A stretch of 64,000 nt of DNA from a virus (IMGVR_UViG_3300021963_009993:64001-128000); one strand, 5' to 3'. Positions 8,946 to 20,900 are shown, numbered from the stretch's first letter. The notes: generated by a model not told the origin, from the letters alone. Program-made: numbers and translations.

Positions 8946-9293
8946 TTAGTGAGGCAAAATCAAATCTCTTGGATTTGCGCTAAGTCTCTCAACCATGAAA
9001 TCAACCAAAAGATCTAACACGAACTTCCTGAAGGCATCGGTGAAAATCGTTTCTTGAACTCTTTGATCAACATTGTATTTCCTGAATAAATCTTCAAAAA
9101 AAGATTCCATCTTGGCCTCAAGATTGAGCCTATCCATATATTCTTCAACAACATTTTGCAAAATCTGACTGTCCAAAACAGTAGATCTGAACAAATCCCT
9201 GAATTCCTGACTGCCAACATATTCAGCAAAGGTATTTTGGATTTGTTCCCTTGCGTCAATTTTATTACCAAACAGTCTGCTTAAAAGACCCAT
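8946..9293 (-). CDS. Hypothetical protein
   Basis: 115-aa ORF with GGGGA SD, co-oriented in a minus-strand run. Confidence 0.65.
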   Translation of the reverse strand: MGLLSRLFGNKIDAREQIQNTFAEYVGSQEFRDLFRSTVLDSQILQNVVEEYMDRLNLEAKMESFFEDLFRKYNVDQRVQETIFTDAFRKFVLDLLVDFMVERLSANPRDLILPH

Positions 9294-9304
9294 ATTATTC
9301 CCCC

Positions 9305-9943
9305 TTAAATGTTTATTTCTTTGCCATTGAGCATAAGTTTTTGCTCAACTTTTAAATTAGTAATGAATTCTGGGACTCCAATATGATTGCAAATATTATG
9401 CTTTTTTGCGTCTTTTGCAGTCAGATAAACATCACTATGTTTTTTATCATGCATCATTTTCAGGAAATAATCATCACTTTTACCAATATGCAGAGCAGCT
9501 TCCTTGAATATCAAATCATTCAATCTATCTGTCTCACCAGCATCTGCCTTGATTTCTTCGACTTTTCCAAATGAAAAACTGCTTACTTCATGAATCATAA
9601 GTGTTGCATGTTCACTCATGAACCTAAGACCCGGACTACCAAACATGAATAACATGGCACCACAACTCATTGCTTTTCCATTGCAAATGGTTGCTACTGG
9701 CACAGGTGAAGACTTGATGATTGAAATGATTTCCAACAGGGAATAAACTTGACCACCGTATGATTCGATTACCAAAGGTATAAATTTTGGATTTGCGTTC
9801 AATGACTCGTTGAAATCTTCAATGAAGTTTTCTGTCATTTCTTCGTCGAAAGCTTTTGTTAATCTGATTGCTTTTGGAGAATCGATTTCAATGCTGTCTT
9901 TTTTACAACGAATCTTTGGGTCAAGTCTGGTGTAAATCTTCAC
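9305..9943 (-). CDS. clpP: Clp protease proteolytic subunit
   Basis: IESYGGQV, AMSCGA (Ser), LMIHEV (His), SDVYLTAKDA (Asp): full catalytic triad. Confidence 0.85.
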   Translation of the reverse strand: MKIYTRLDPKIRCKKDSIEIDSPKAIRLTKAFDEEMTENFIEDFNESLNANPKFIPLVIESYGGQVYSLLEIISIIKSSPVPVATICNGKAMSCGAMLFMFGSPGLRFMSEHATLMIHEVSSFSFGKVEEIKADAGETDRLNDLIFKEAALHIGKSDDYFLKMMHDKKHSDVYLTAKDAKKHNICNHIGVPEFITNLKVEQKLMLNGKEINI

Positions 9944-9988
9944 AGAAAATCTCCATGTGTATGCTACATGGTAAATTTTAGCTTAAAT

Positions 9989-11440
9989 TTACATGGGATT
10001 CAACAACGGAGAATCAAAAACCTGCAAAGTTCTATGTCTAAAAAGATTTCTTCTTGCATCTTCCATTTCATCAGTTCTCAAGGTTCTTCCATAGTGAGCA
10101 ATAAGCTTTGGATTTACTTTTCTCACTCCATCTTCCTCTATGTACTTTTTCAAAACATCAGAGTACTTTTCTGGAAGAAGATTGTCATATAAACCTTCTT
10201 CACCCATTAATCTCAAGAACATTTTTATTTGATTGGATGACAAATGATTTGGCTTGGTGAAATAATCATAGATTAAATCTGGATTCATCGGTACTGTCGT
10301 AGCAAATCTTGCTAATCTAACAAGATTGGCAATATTCTCAGCATCTAGTTTACTCCAACCTTTTGATACCAAAGTATTTAGAACATTTTCTGGATGGTTG
10401 TTCTGTAGCAAATAAGCTGTAGATATTATCTTGTTGCTTGGCATACTCATATCTGGATTGTGTATATTGAGATTGCCAAAAATCTTTTTAATTAGATCAC
10501 ATTTCATCAAATTTTGTATGTAGTAATATGTTGGAGTATCTTGGTTGTCAATTGCCATCATGTATAATCTTTTGATTATTTTATCATCAAGATTATCTGG
10601 TGTATCATTTTGAATGGGCTTAACAAGATTTTCTGGAATAGATTTGTCATGGGCGTATCTCGCAGACAGAGAGCATATTCTGAACCCGAGATATGGATAT
10701 CTTTTAAATGTTTTATCTTCGGACATTATGAGATGTATTTTGCCATTTTTTAGGTCAAATACTCCACCTTGTGGATCTAATAGTTCTGAATTTTCTCCAT
10801 CTTCATTTTTCAGTTTTAGATAAAGAGAATTGATTGTCAAATCTCTTGTTGTTGAATCTTCTTCCAATGTTGTTGCAAAGTTTCTTTTCTTTGGCGACAC
10901 CATTCTTTCTTTACTGTTAAATGAAAATGGTGCAATATGGGCTTTCTGCCCATTTATCTCTACTGTTACTTCAACCTCATGTCCATCTTCATCCCATCTG
11001 CTGGCATAAAAACTTCTCTTTCTGCTTCCATATGATGGTAATCTTTTGTATTTCTGTAAAATTTGCAAGTCATGTGTTGGTGGTTGAACTTCTTCCAAGT
11101 CAGCCACAGGAAGTTCCAAAATCTTTCTGATTTCATCTGGACTTGCTTCAGTTGTCAAATCGTATGAAGTAAATGTCTTGTTTTTAAGATGATCTCTAAG
11201 GGCTCCACCAGTAAGGTAAAGGTTTTTCCTTTTCATGGTTGGTTCAACAATTCCTTTTCCTTTTTGAATTGTTGAGTAACCAAGCTTGACTTCATTAGAT
11301 GAATTGAATGCATCTATGATGTGTTTGAGTATTGGATTTGATTGGTAGTTAACAACAAATGGCTTGAATTCACCACGATTATCCGCATCTTTCAATCGGA
11401 CTTTGGAAACAATAGAATCATTTTTAACTTCATCTTCCAT
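9989..11440 (-). CDS. CCA-adding enzyme/poly(A) polymerase-like nucleotidyltransferase with degenerate catalytic motifs
   Basis: LYLTGGALRD...SYDLTT, EEDSTTRDLTINSL, LLDPQGGVFDLKNG; DxD, RRD and EDxxR motifs are altered. Confidence 0.75.
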   Translation of the reverse strand: MEDEVKNDSIVSKVRLKDADNRGEFKPFVVNYQSNPILKHIIDAFNSSNEVKLGYSTIQKGKGIVEPTMKRKNLYLTGGALRDHLKNKTFTSYDLTTEASPDEIRKILELPVADLEEVQPPTHDLQILQKYKRLPSYGSRKRSFYASRWDEDGHEVEVTVEINGQKAHIAPFSFNSKERMVSPKKRNFATTLEEDSTTRDLTINSLYLKLKNEDGENSELLDPQGGVFDLKNGKIHLIMSEDKTFKRYPYLGFRICSLSARYAHDKSIPENLVKPIQNDTPDNLDDKIIKRLYMMAIDNQDTPTYYYIQNLMKCDLIKKIFGNLNIHNPDMSMPSNKIISTAYLLQNNHPENVLNTLVSKGWSKLDAENIANLVRLARFATTVPMNPDLIYDYFTKPNHLSSNQIKMFLRLMGEEGLYDNLLPEKYSDVLKKYIEEDGVRKVNPKLIAHYGRTLRTDEMEDARRNLFRHRTLQVFDSPLLNPM

Positions 11441-11451
11441 ACCAGCACCTT

Positions 11452-12030
11452 TTAATTCTTGTTTTGCATATTATTAAATAAGTAACCAAACCATGCTCCA
11501 ACACCACCTAATAAAACTCCTATGGCTATTTTAACTGCAAAATCCCAAATGTTTTGAAACTTCTTGTCAGTACCTTCTTTAAAATTATGCAGATTTTCTA
11601 GTCTGAATTTTATCTGGCGGACATCTTCATCTAAGCTTTCCAAATCACTTTTTACATCTTTGTTTTCATTTTCCTTGAGCTTAAGATATTCAGAGGTTTT
11701 TTCAAGGTTTCCCACTTTTTCCTTGAAGTATTTATGCTCGGATTCCATCAATATAAGTTTTTGCTTATTTGAATCAATATTTAATATTATACTTCCAATA
11801 TCTTTTGCTTCCACATTCGTTACTCTTTGAAGCAACATATTATACAGATCAAGAAGCTTTTCAAACTTGGTAAATAGAGTCTCTTGATGGTCTGTCAAAA
11901 TTGCTATTTTTTGTTCAAACTGACCTATAACACGAACCAAATCTCTGACAGATTCGGATGTTTTGTGGTAAAGAGATGCGATATTGTGCGTTGTTGTCTC
12001 TTCTTTATTGTCTTTTTTAGGTGGCACCAT
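11452..12030 (-). CDS. Coiled-coil protein with C-terminal transmembrane helix
   Basis: Heptad-rich body; IWDFAVKIAIGVLLGGVGAWFGYLF near the C-terminus. Confidence 0.65.
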   Translation of the reverse strand: MVPPKKDNKEETTTHNIASLYHKTSESVRDLVRVIGQFEQKIAILTDHQETLFTKFEKLLDLYNMLLQRVTNVEAKDIGSIILNIDSNKQKLILMESEHKYFKEKVGNLEKTSEYLKLKENENKDVKSDLESLDEDVRQIKFRLENLHNFKEGTDKKFQNIWDFAVKIAIGVLLGGVGAWFGYLFNNMQNKN

Positions 12031-12087
12031 GAAATTATTTATTCATAAAACAGTAAATACTAACAAGGAAACAACTAAATTATTTAT

Positions 12088-12519
12088 ATGAATGACATAG
12101 AGAAAATACCTGCGGTTCCTCCCATGAATATTAATGTTGCTTCTGCGAAAAGCGAAGCATCATCAACAGTAACAGATGAGGATTTACAAAATATATTTCT
12201 TGAAATACTCGGTGATTTAAGAAACGACAGAAGAGAAGTAGATGGTTTATTGAGTAACTTTACCGAAATGGTAATGAATGAAGGGGATAGTTCATCAGCT
12301 TCAAAAGAAGCAGTTGTAAATCTTGTGAAAGTAAAAACAGACATAGCTGACAAGAAGACAAAAGTTGCTGATTTGATGCTTGCCTTGAGAATGAAGGAAA
12401 AATCCATATCGAAGATTCAGGCTAATCAAACCAACCACATACATATTACAGATAAAAGAGCTATCCTTGATGCCATAAATAAAACAACAAAGAAGGTGCC
12501 AAATGAGCAAGTGGAATAA
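12088..12519 (+). CDS. Helical hypothetical protein; possible terminase small subunit
   Basis: Size and pattern (helical core, then QTNHIHIT...AILDAINK) loosely match T4 gp16. Confidence 0.4.
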   Translation: MNDIEKIPAVPPMNINVASAKSEASSTVTDEDLQNIFLEILGDLRNDRREVDGLLSNFTEMVMNEGDSSSASKEAVVNLVKVKTDIADKKTKVADLMLALRMKEKSISKIQANQTNHIHITDKRAILDAINKTTKKVPNEQVE

Positions 12520-13837
12520 TTTAAATGACTGGTTGATAAATGAGGAAGATGTATTGGCATCAGCTTTAGACCCACTAGCTGGTGGCCCACCATCTGGCGC
12601 ACAACCTCCGGGGTTGCCGGGTGCTGGTGCAATAAGTCCTCCACCCGGAGCAGATGCAACAGTAAATCCTAATCCACTTGAAGCTCCAGTTCCACAAGAT
12701 GGCTCTGGACAACAAGTTGCAGCTGGTGAAATACAAGTCTCTCCACCTGATTCTCCAGATATGCCTGAAGAACAAAAGTCTCAGACATTTGATGATTGGA
12801 GAGCTAAGTTTTTCAAGGAATCAATAAAGTCTGATGTTAATCAGCTAATCGAGATGATTAGCAAGATAAGAAATAATGATTTGGATACTTATCCAAGAAA
12901 ATTTGTCGAAGATAATCTTCAGATCTTATTCTTAAGGCAGAATGCCAACATCGACAAGGCATCACAAGAAATCAGAAAGTCAATCAAAGACCAACTTGAT
13001 CAAAACAATCCATCAACAAGCTTGGTTCAATATATGGTCAATAGCTTACAGAACACTCCTGACTTGTCGAATGTTTTCATAAAGCTTATAGGTCTTTATG
13101 GAAGCAAAGGCGATGCACATAGAAAGTATGTTGCTTCATTGCTTGGTGCAGTACAAGTTGGTAGTGGTGGTCAGAACGAAGATCTGATTTTCAATCAAAG
13201 AGAATACTCAATAAAAATATCAACAAGAATAAACTCAAAGTTTGGAATGGTTGACTTGGGTAGATGGTCAATGAGCATCGATGACCCAGAGAAGTTTCTT
13301 TCCGATCCAGAAATAGAAAGACTTGAAGATGGAAGTCCTGAAGAAAAGGATGTTCTAAGAAAAAGAGTTATGCTTGAGAGCATGGCCGATATTTTCCGCA
13401 TGAGGGCTTTTTTCATCAATGTCATCGGAAATGATGGAACTGTATATTTTGTCGGCTTGGATTTAAGTAACGGGTTAAAAGAAGGATATTCAAATGGCAA
13501 ATTAATTGTAAAGACTATGGTGAATGATAATTCTGAAGCCCTTTACAATGATCAAGGTGAGTTGACTGAACTTGTAGATATTAAAGTCATGTACCAGAAG
13601 GAAACTGGCAAATTAGATGAGAATGGAAATCCACAATACAAGGAAATAGAGTTTATTGCAAAAAAAGAAGGAATGTTATTTTTGACAGCCAACCTAGAAA
13701 CACTCAAAGAAGCTGCTTCTGCTTTCCAAGGTTTAGTTGTCAAGGAAATACCCTACAACGGAAATCCAAGTGACATACCATCTTTGATGAGATGTGTGCC
13801 AAGTATGCCTGAAACATTATTAAGAAACTGTCTTTAA
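12503..13837 (+). CDS. Hypothetical protein with Pro/Gly-rich N-terminal linker (probable virion/internal protein)
   Basis: 444-aa ORF starting MSKWNNLNDWLINE; P/G/A-rich residues ~25-90. Confidence 0.75.
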   Translation: MSKWNNLNDWLINEEDVLASALDPLAGGPPSGAQPPGLPGAGAISPPPGADATVNPNPLEAPVPQDGSGQQVAAGEIQVSPPDSPDMPEEQKSQTFDDWRAKFFKESIKSDVNQLIEMISKIRNNDLDTYPRKFVEDNLQILFLRQNANIDKASQEIRKSIKDQLDQNNPSTSLVQYMVNSLQNTPDLSNVFIKLIGLYGSKGDAHRKYVASLLGAVQVGSGGQNEDLIFNQREYSIKISTRINSKFGMVDLGRWSMSIDDPEKFLSDPEIERLEDGSPEEKDVLRKRVMLESMADIFRMRAFFINVIGNDGTVYFVGLDLSNGLKEGYSNGKLIVKTMVNDNSEALYNDQGELTELVDIKVMYQKETGKLDENGNPQYKEIEFIAKKEGMLFLTANLETLKEAASAFQGLVVKEIPYNGNPSDIPSLMRCVPSMPETLLRNCL

Positions 13838-13848
13838 GGATTAAAAAT

Positions 13849-14388
13849 ATGAGAACATTTCTTGAATTTTTCCATAATCATAATACAGAAGACACCTGCG
13901 AGAAACTAGTACTTTTAAAGAAGGTTTTAGAAAAAGGTGGTCTTCAGGTACATGATGGAACACATGATCATCTCAATCCTTTTTTGTTTGTGAAAGCATG
14001 GCCAAAACCAAATAGCTTTGAAGGAATAAGATTTTATATGAATGGAGACATACTTTCATTCAGAGTTCAAAAGTATCAAGAAACACAACCATATGGCCAA
14101 GCTTACCATATGGATGTTCAAAAGATGTTTGAAGATAATATTCTGAATAAGAAGGATGAAAAGGAAGCTTTGGCAGAGACATTCAAAGCAATAGACCAAA
14201 AAGTCAGAAAATTCTTCAGAGACAGCAAGAAAGCTGAAGATGAAATAGTTAAAACACAAATAACAAGTATGGATATTGAAGACAAGACAGATGATGGAAG
14301 GCTTAATAGAAAACCAGATGATGCACCTTTGATTGTGAATCCTTATGGTGGCGATTATTCAAATAAAGTTTATAGCAAAGGAAATTAA
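13849..14388 (+). CDS. Hypothetical protein with capsid-targeting-like N-terminus
   Basis: Starts MRTFLEFF; AAGGA SD. Confidence 0.7.
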   Translation: MRTFLEFFHNHNTEDTCEKLVLLKKVLEKGGLQVHDGTHDHLNPFLFVKAWPKPNSFEGIRFYMNGDILSFRVQKYQETQPYGQAYHMDVQKMFEDNILNKKDEKEALAETFKAIDQKVRKFFRDSKKAEDEIVKTQITSMDIEDKTDDGRLNRKPDDAPLIVNPYGGDYSNKVYSKGN

Positions 14389-14405
14389 TAAATTTTAATT
14401 AAAAT

Positions 14406-14921
14406 ATGCCAAGTGAAATAGACAATCTTTTTGTAGCAGCGCAAAATCTTGCCAACAAGACGGGAGTAAACAGGTATCAACCGGCATATCAAACACTAAG
14501 AAAAGGCACAATAATTCAATTTATTTATGACCTTGCGAAGCCCGGCCATGACAAGACACCTTTGGTTATAATAACTGGGATAAATGACAAGTATATTTGG
14601 GGTCTTAATTTACATTATCTATTGTTTCCAGAGATCAAGAGACTACTTCAAAGAAGAGGCTATAATGCCTGTAATAATCCAAATTTCTCATACGATAATA
14701 TCAAATCCGACGACTATATAGTATCAGCGTTCAGACAGTACAAAAAATTTGCAATTAGAAGAATGAATATTTTGAATTGTGACTATCTTCTGAATGTAAT
14801 GGCATCTGTCCGTGCTGTCGATCCACAAGAAATAGAAGCATTGCGCTCAAATATAAGAGAGCAACTTAACAGGACAATAAACCCAACATTTAAAAACATA
14901 AAACAGACAGAGATTAGATAA
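14406..14921 (+). CDS. DNA end protector protein (T4 gp2-like)
   Basis: FIYD...DKTPLVI...WGLNLHYL...RLL pattern characteristic of gp2. Confidence 0.7.
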   Translation: MPSEIDNLFVAAQNLANKTGVNRYQPAYQTLRKGTIIQFIYDLAKPGHDKTPLVIITGINDKYIWGLNLHYLLFPEIKRLLQRRGYNACNNPNFSYDNIKSDDYIVSAFRQYKKFAIRRMNILNCDYLLNVMASVRAVDPQEIEALRSNIREQLNRTINPTFKNIKQTEIR

Positions 14922-17900
14922 TGGCAAAAGACTCACTAGGAAGAGATGTTGACCTTGGCGACATGAGCATAAAAGATGTCAAATCCATGCTTCAAAGTCT
15001 TATGTCAGGTGCAGTTGGCCCTAAAACTGATGTTGGAAATAAAAAAGATCCTACCACAGAAAAAATAGCCGAAGTAGCAAGTTTGCTTGAATCCCTTAAC
15101 AAGACAATAGGAAAAGATTTAAAAGAAGCAGTTGCTTACATGGAAATGGCTGTTGCAGCCAAAGACGGTAAAAGCAGTTCCTCAGATGCAAAAGCTTTTA
15201 CAAACGATGTAACTCAAAGCATGACTTCTCTTGCCGACAACATAAAAGATTTACACAAACATGCGACAACAAAAGGTAGCCTTTATGTTCATGACCAAGG
15301 AGCGCATGACTTATTAACTAAGATATACGACCAATTATCTTCAGGTGGAAGTGCCATTCCATCTTCTATACCATCAGCACCTAGTCCTAGTAGCCCTAGC
15401 GGTGGCAACATTGCTCCAAGAAGGAGAAGAGCCATAAGTTATGATGATGATTATGGTTATGATTTTGATGATCCATCCAAAAGACTTTTCAAACAAATAG
15501 AAAAAGCGACTGCTGCAACAGAAAGAACAATTTTTGCAATTAGTGAAAAGGGTGAAAGTCTTCAGGAAACATTATTCGGTGGTCTTGTTGACAACCAGTT
15601 GAAGTTTATAAAAGATTCAAGACAAGCAGCGTATGCTGTAGCTGGGATAACAGGTGAAGCAAAAGGTTTGCAAAAACAATTTACTGAAGTTGAAAGAAGC
15701 GCATATCTTACAGGTTTTGGCAGAGAAGAACTTCAAAAACAATATCTTACAAATTTGAAAACTGGAATTCGTGATTTAAAAACAGCTCAAAAAATATCTG
15801 TTGCATCCTTGAACACAGAAAATCAGTTAGGATTGGCTGCTGGTTCTTTGAATGAAAACTTCCGTGATTTAAATTTACAAGCAAAGTTTACTGATGCACA
15901 AATTGCCGATGCTGGCAGAGGGATGCGTGAGGTAGCAAGAAACACAGGACTAACCGGCGAAGCATTGACCAAGGCAATAGGTAGCAGCAAACAATTTACA
16001 GAACAAATGAGAAATGCTGCGACATTGACTGCATCCGCAAATAAAAACATTCTTGAAATTGTCGCAAACGCTCAAAAACTTGGTGTTGATAAAGCAGCTA
16101 GTGCCATATTAAGCAAAGCGACAAGTAGTGCCGATTTGATATTAAATGCCTCTGACCAAACATCTAACTTGCTGTATCGTGCTGCATCAGCTGTTGGAAG
16201 AGTTGGCGATTTACAAAAAGGTATTTTGACAAGAAGTAAAGCTGGATTAAAAGATCTTGGAAAAGGTTTTGAAAGTATATTAAAGCAATTTGGTGTGCAA
16301 AGTCTTGAAGCCATAGACAATCTTACAGATGAAGACAAGTTTAGAATTAATGTTCAATTAAAAGCAGCTTATGGTGTTGAGCTTGGAGAATTGAGAAACT
16401 TAACCGAAGTATTAAACGAGTCAGGCAAGGGATTATCAGACAGACTTGCTGATATTAATAAAAAAATGCAAGGCAATCTTACATTGGAAGAAAAGAATGC
16501 CTTGATGGAAGAAATTAGGCAAAAGAAGACTAGTGCAGCTTTGAGTGCCTTGACAGCTTTAGATGAAGCAGCCAAGGGTGCAAAAGACATGAACCAAGCT
16601 TTAGCCAAATTTGGTTCAAGAAAATCAGAATTTGAAGGTGATATAAAAGCTCTTGGTGGAAGCTTTGGTAGCGCAACAGAAGCAGCAAGAGTTGCATTGA
16701 ATGAATCAATAAAAAATATTAATGCCGGATTACAGCAAAGTGGAAAAGAAGGAATAAAGGTAGACAGTTCCGAAATTGAAAAGGCCTTGAGAGATCCAAC
16801 GGCATTAAGAGAATTGACAGCGAAGATTACCAAGGGTGAACAAGAACTAGCAACAGCACAAAAAGCTCAACTAGATCCAATGACTGCTGTTCAACAATCC
16901 TTCGCTGAATACAATGATTTGTTCAAAGATTATAGTACTGGTGCGATAAACTCGTTGACTAATCTTGTTGGAAAAACAGGATTTATGGTTGCTGGCATAG
17001 GGACAATTGGAATTCAACTTGCTTCTTTGACAGCCAACTTAACAAATAAAAGTGGTTTGATTGGGGGATTGGCAGAGCAGATAGGCAGTCTTGCTGCTCA
17101 AGGTAAAGAAGGTGGCCTTGGTGGGATAGCTGCTAGCTTAGGCGACTACATATTTAATTTCAGCAAGATTAAACAAAGTTTATCTCCAATATTTGGTGAA
17201 AGTGCAGCATTAACAGAAGCAGCAGCAGAAGAAGCTGGTGGTCTTCCAACTCCTGTTCCTACACCAACTCCCACTCCAACTCCAGTACCGACACCACCAC
17301 CAGCACCGTTGCCAACTGGCCTTGATGCAATTTGTCAGCAAATGTTGACAGTTTTAAAAGACCAACTTGATTTGATGAAAAAAGACAATATTCAATCAAG
17401 AATTAAATTTACAAAGAAATACTTTACAGATTACTTGAAGCCGATGGCCAAGCATATCGAAGAGCTTAAGACAGCTTTGGTTGCTGGGCCTATTCCATCA
17501 CCTTCCACAACTAGTCCATCGGGAAGTCCACCTGTAACTACACCAGGTGGTGATGACAGTATTATTGATGGTTTAAATAGCGGTGCATTTTTTGACAAGG
17601 CACAAAAATTCTTACAAGAACAAGGGCCAAAACTAGCTGTAATGGCTGTGGCTTTGGTTGCATTGGCTACTGGCATAATAGCTATTGCCAATAAGATATT
17701 AAAATTTAGTGGATTGAATATTCAAGAGGCTGTTGAAACAGCAGCTGCAATAGGCACGATTCTTGGTTCAACAGCAATATTAATAAAAGCAACAATAGAA
17801 GGTTACAAAAAACTTGACGAGTATGAAGGCGAAATAAATGCATTAAAGCCAGAGAAATCTTTAAAAGTTGGACTTAAAATTGGTGCTTTAGCATTGGCAT

Positions 17901-20900
17901 TGTTTGGGTTAGCTACTGGTGTTGTTTATGCTGTCAACAAAATAGCTGAATTCGCTGGAATTAACATAGCAACAGTAGCAGAAACAGCAGGTACTATTGC
18001 AGGCGTTCTTGGCTCTGTTGGTTTAATTGCTGAAGCTGTCAAGAAAGCAATACCATATCTTGAAGAAAATGCAGAATTTTTTGATAGTCTTTATGAAAAA
18101 ATTCCAGCGATAGCAAGAGGCGCAATAGTTGTTGGCTTACTAGCACCAGCTATGGTTTTACTTGGAGTTGCTGTTTTAGCTCTTACTGTTGGTTTGGCAA
18201 AATTAAGTGGATTTGATGCACAAAGTGCATTAAAGTCAGGGTTGCTTGTTGCAGCAATAATAGGATCTGCTGGAATAATAGCTGCTTCTGTTGCTGGGGC
18301 TATATTCGGTTTGGAAGCATTGGGAACTTTAGCAACTGGATTGAATCCAGCAACTTTAGCACTTATTGAAGCTGGAGCGTGGACTCTACTACTAGCAGGA
18401 CCAGCATTAACACTACTTGGAATCGGAGTCCTAGCATTAACTAGTGGAATAGCAAGTCTAACAGGCTTTGATGCTGGCACAGCTTTAAAAGCAGGTCTGA
18501 CGGTTGCAGCAATTATATTTAGTGCTGGTCTAATAGCTGTTTCAACATTAGCAGCACTAGAAGGTCTTTTCCAACTTGGATTGTTGGCACCAGCTTTGTA
18601 TCTTGCTTTGCCACTTATTTATTTTGGAGCAGAAACATTACTGTTATTTGCACCAGCAATGACATTGCTAGGTCTTGGTGTCTTAGCTTTGACAGCTGGT
18701 GTTGCTTCATTGACAGGAATAAGTGCTTCTGATGCTCTTAAATCTGCTGGATTAGTAGCAGCAATCATTTTTGGTGCTGGTTTAATAGCCGTTGCAACTA
18801 TTGCTGGAATAGCTGGACTATATGGTCTTGGAGAACTGGCAAAAAAATTAAACCCTGCTGCCATAGGTTCTATATTCCTTGGAGCGGGACTTTTGTTTTT
18901 ACTTGCTCCAGCGATGACTGCGCTTGGTTCAGCTTTATTGCTGTTGACAAATAGTGTTGCTGGTGCATTTAACATAGATGCTGGTAAAGCTGAAGAAATA
19001 TCAAATACAATAGCAGCGATAATATACGGAGCAGGTAAAATAGCCTTGGCTACCGTAGCAGGCATAGCCGGACTTGCTGCTTTGGGTTATTTGGGAACAC
19101 AGGCAGTTGCCTACATTCCTTTGATTTTGATTGGTGGAGTTGCACTTGCTATTTTAGCACCTGCAATAGCAGCTTTGGGTGCTGGATTGCTTTCTTTTAT
19201 AGATGGTGTTGCTTCTAATTTTGATATTGATGCAAAAAAAGCTGAAGAAGTTGGGGATCTTGTATCAACGATAATTTATGCGTGTGGAAAAATAGCAGTT
19301 GCTACTGCATTTGGCATAGCCGGATTAGCATTATTCCCAGCAGTATTACCCCTCGTTCCTTTGGCATGGCTTGGTGGCAAGATTCTTAAATGGCTTGCCC
19401 CCGGTTTAGTAGAACTTGGTGCTGGTCTTCTGAATGTTATTGATGCAAAAGCAGCATTGGCTGATATTGATTCTGGAACGGTAAAAGAAACAGCAGATTT
19501 TTTTGAAGCGTTGCTTGTGGGACTAGGCAGAATAGCAGACGCAACATTATCTGGACTTAATTCTTTGGCTAATTTTGGAGTAGCCTTAGTAGGATTATTT
19601 TTTTACTGGCCTTTCATTAGAAAAGGTCAAGAAGCATTTAGAACAGTAGTACCCGATTTGCTTCTTTTAGGAACTATAATAACATGGCAAATTGGGACAC
19701 TTGCTGATGCTTTTGGATTAGATGCGGAAATAGTTGCAGAAGCTGGTGAAATATTTACAGCACTTGCAGACACAATATCAATAGTTGTTGAAAAATCGAT
19801 GCAAGCTCTTAACTCCCTTGCCGTATTGGGTGCCTTTTCAGTACTTGCATTTTTTATAAGCCCTTTGATATATGCTGGCAAATTAGCGTTTTATGGTTTG
19901 GTTGGTGAATTAGTTGGATTGGCAGCAGCACTTGCTGTTGCACACAAGATGTTTATAGCTGTTGGTTTCGACGCTGAAGTTGGCGAAGAAATCAGCATGA
20001 TATTGAATCAGATGCAAACAATATTCCATGACATTTCAAGCGTTCTTAATGATTTTGTTGGAACAGTCATTCCATTGTTTAGCTCATGGTCAATATTCGG
20101 AAGTGTTTCTTATCAAATACAAAAATACATACCAGAAATACGAACAGCATTTTTCAACATAGTATCTTTCTTGTCTAGTGGGATTATAGCTCCACTATTT
20201 ATGCTCCCACCACCGGCAGCCTTAGAGCATGCAAAGAAAATTCTTGAACCACTACCAACAATATTCAGCAGCATAGCAGCAGCCATAAATTCAGTTGCGA
20301 ATGAACTTGTTCCATTGTTTAAAGATGGTTGGATATTTAGTTCTGCTGCTTCCAAGATAAAACCACTAATTCCAGAAATGCGTGAGGGCATAGCAACTGT
20401 AACGAGTTTTGTTGGAGAAGGAATTATAGATCCTGTTTTGAGCAACATAGGAAATCCAAGAGATGCCAAAATAGCTGCCGAGGCATTGAAAGCAACCAGC
20501 GAAATAATTCAAGTTCTGCCTAGCGTAATAAACGGCGTTGCTACTGACTTGGCAAGATTAACCAAGACTGGTTTCTTTGGTGGTGCAAGCAAATTTACCA
20601 AAGCTCTCGATGTTGCCAGAGGAGATTTCAAAGAATCATTTACAGAAATAGCAAAATTCATTGATGAAGGAATCATCAATCCAATATTTGCAAATATAGG
20701 AAATCCAAGGGATGTGAAAATTGCAGCAGAAGCCTTAAAAGGAATTTCAGAAATGATTCCTTTGATTCCTCCTGTTGTTGATAGTATTGAAAAAGAACTT
20801 GGGCCTTTTGTAAACAAGCCAAGTGGCAGAAAAAAAATTGCCAAAGCTCTTAGAGTTGCTACTGGTGGATTCAAAGAGAACTTTGAAGCCTTGACCATGT

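Noticed and set aside
9954-9970. Palindrome catgtgtatgctacatg upstream of clpP as a third copy of the 19-bp element
   Set aside because: Only superficially similar; arms and spacer differ
13849-14921. Tail assembly chaperone pair with programmed frameshift upstream of the tape measure
   Set aside because: The adjacent gene is gp2-like, and no overlapping ORF pair with a slippery site was evident
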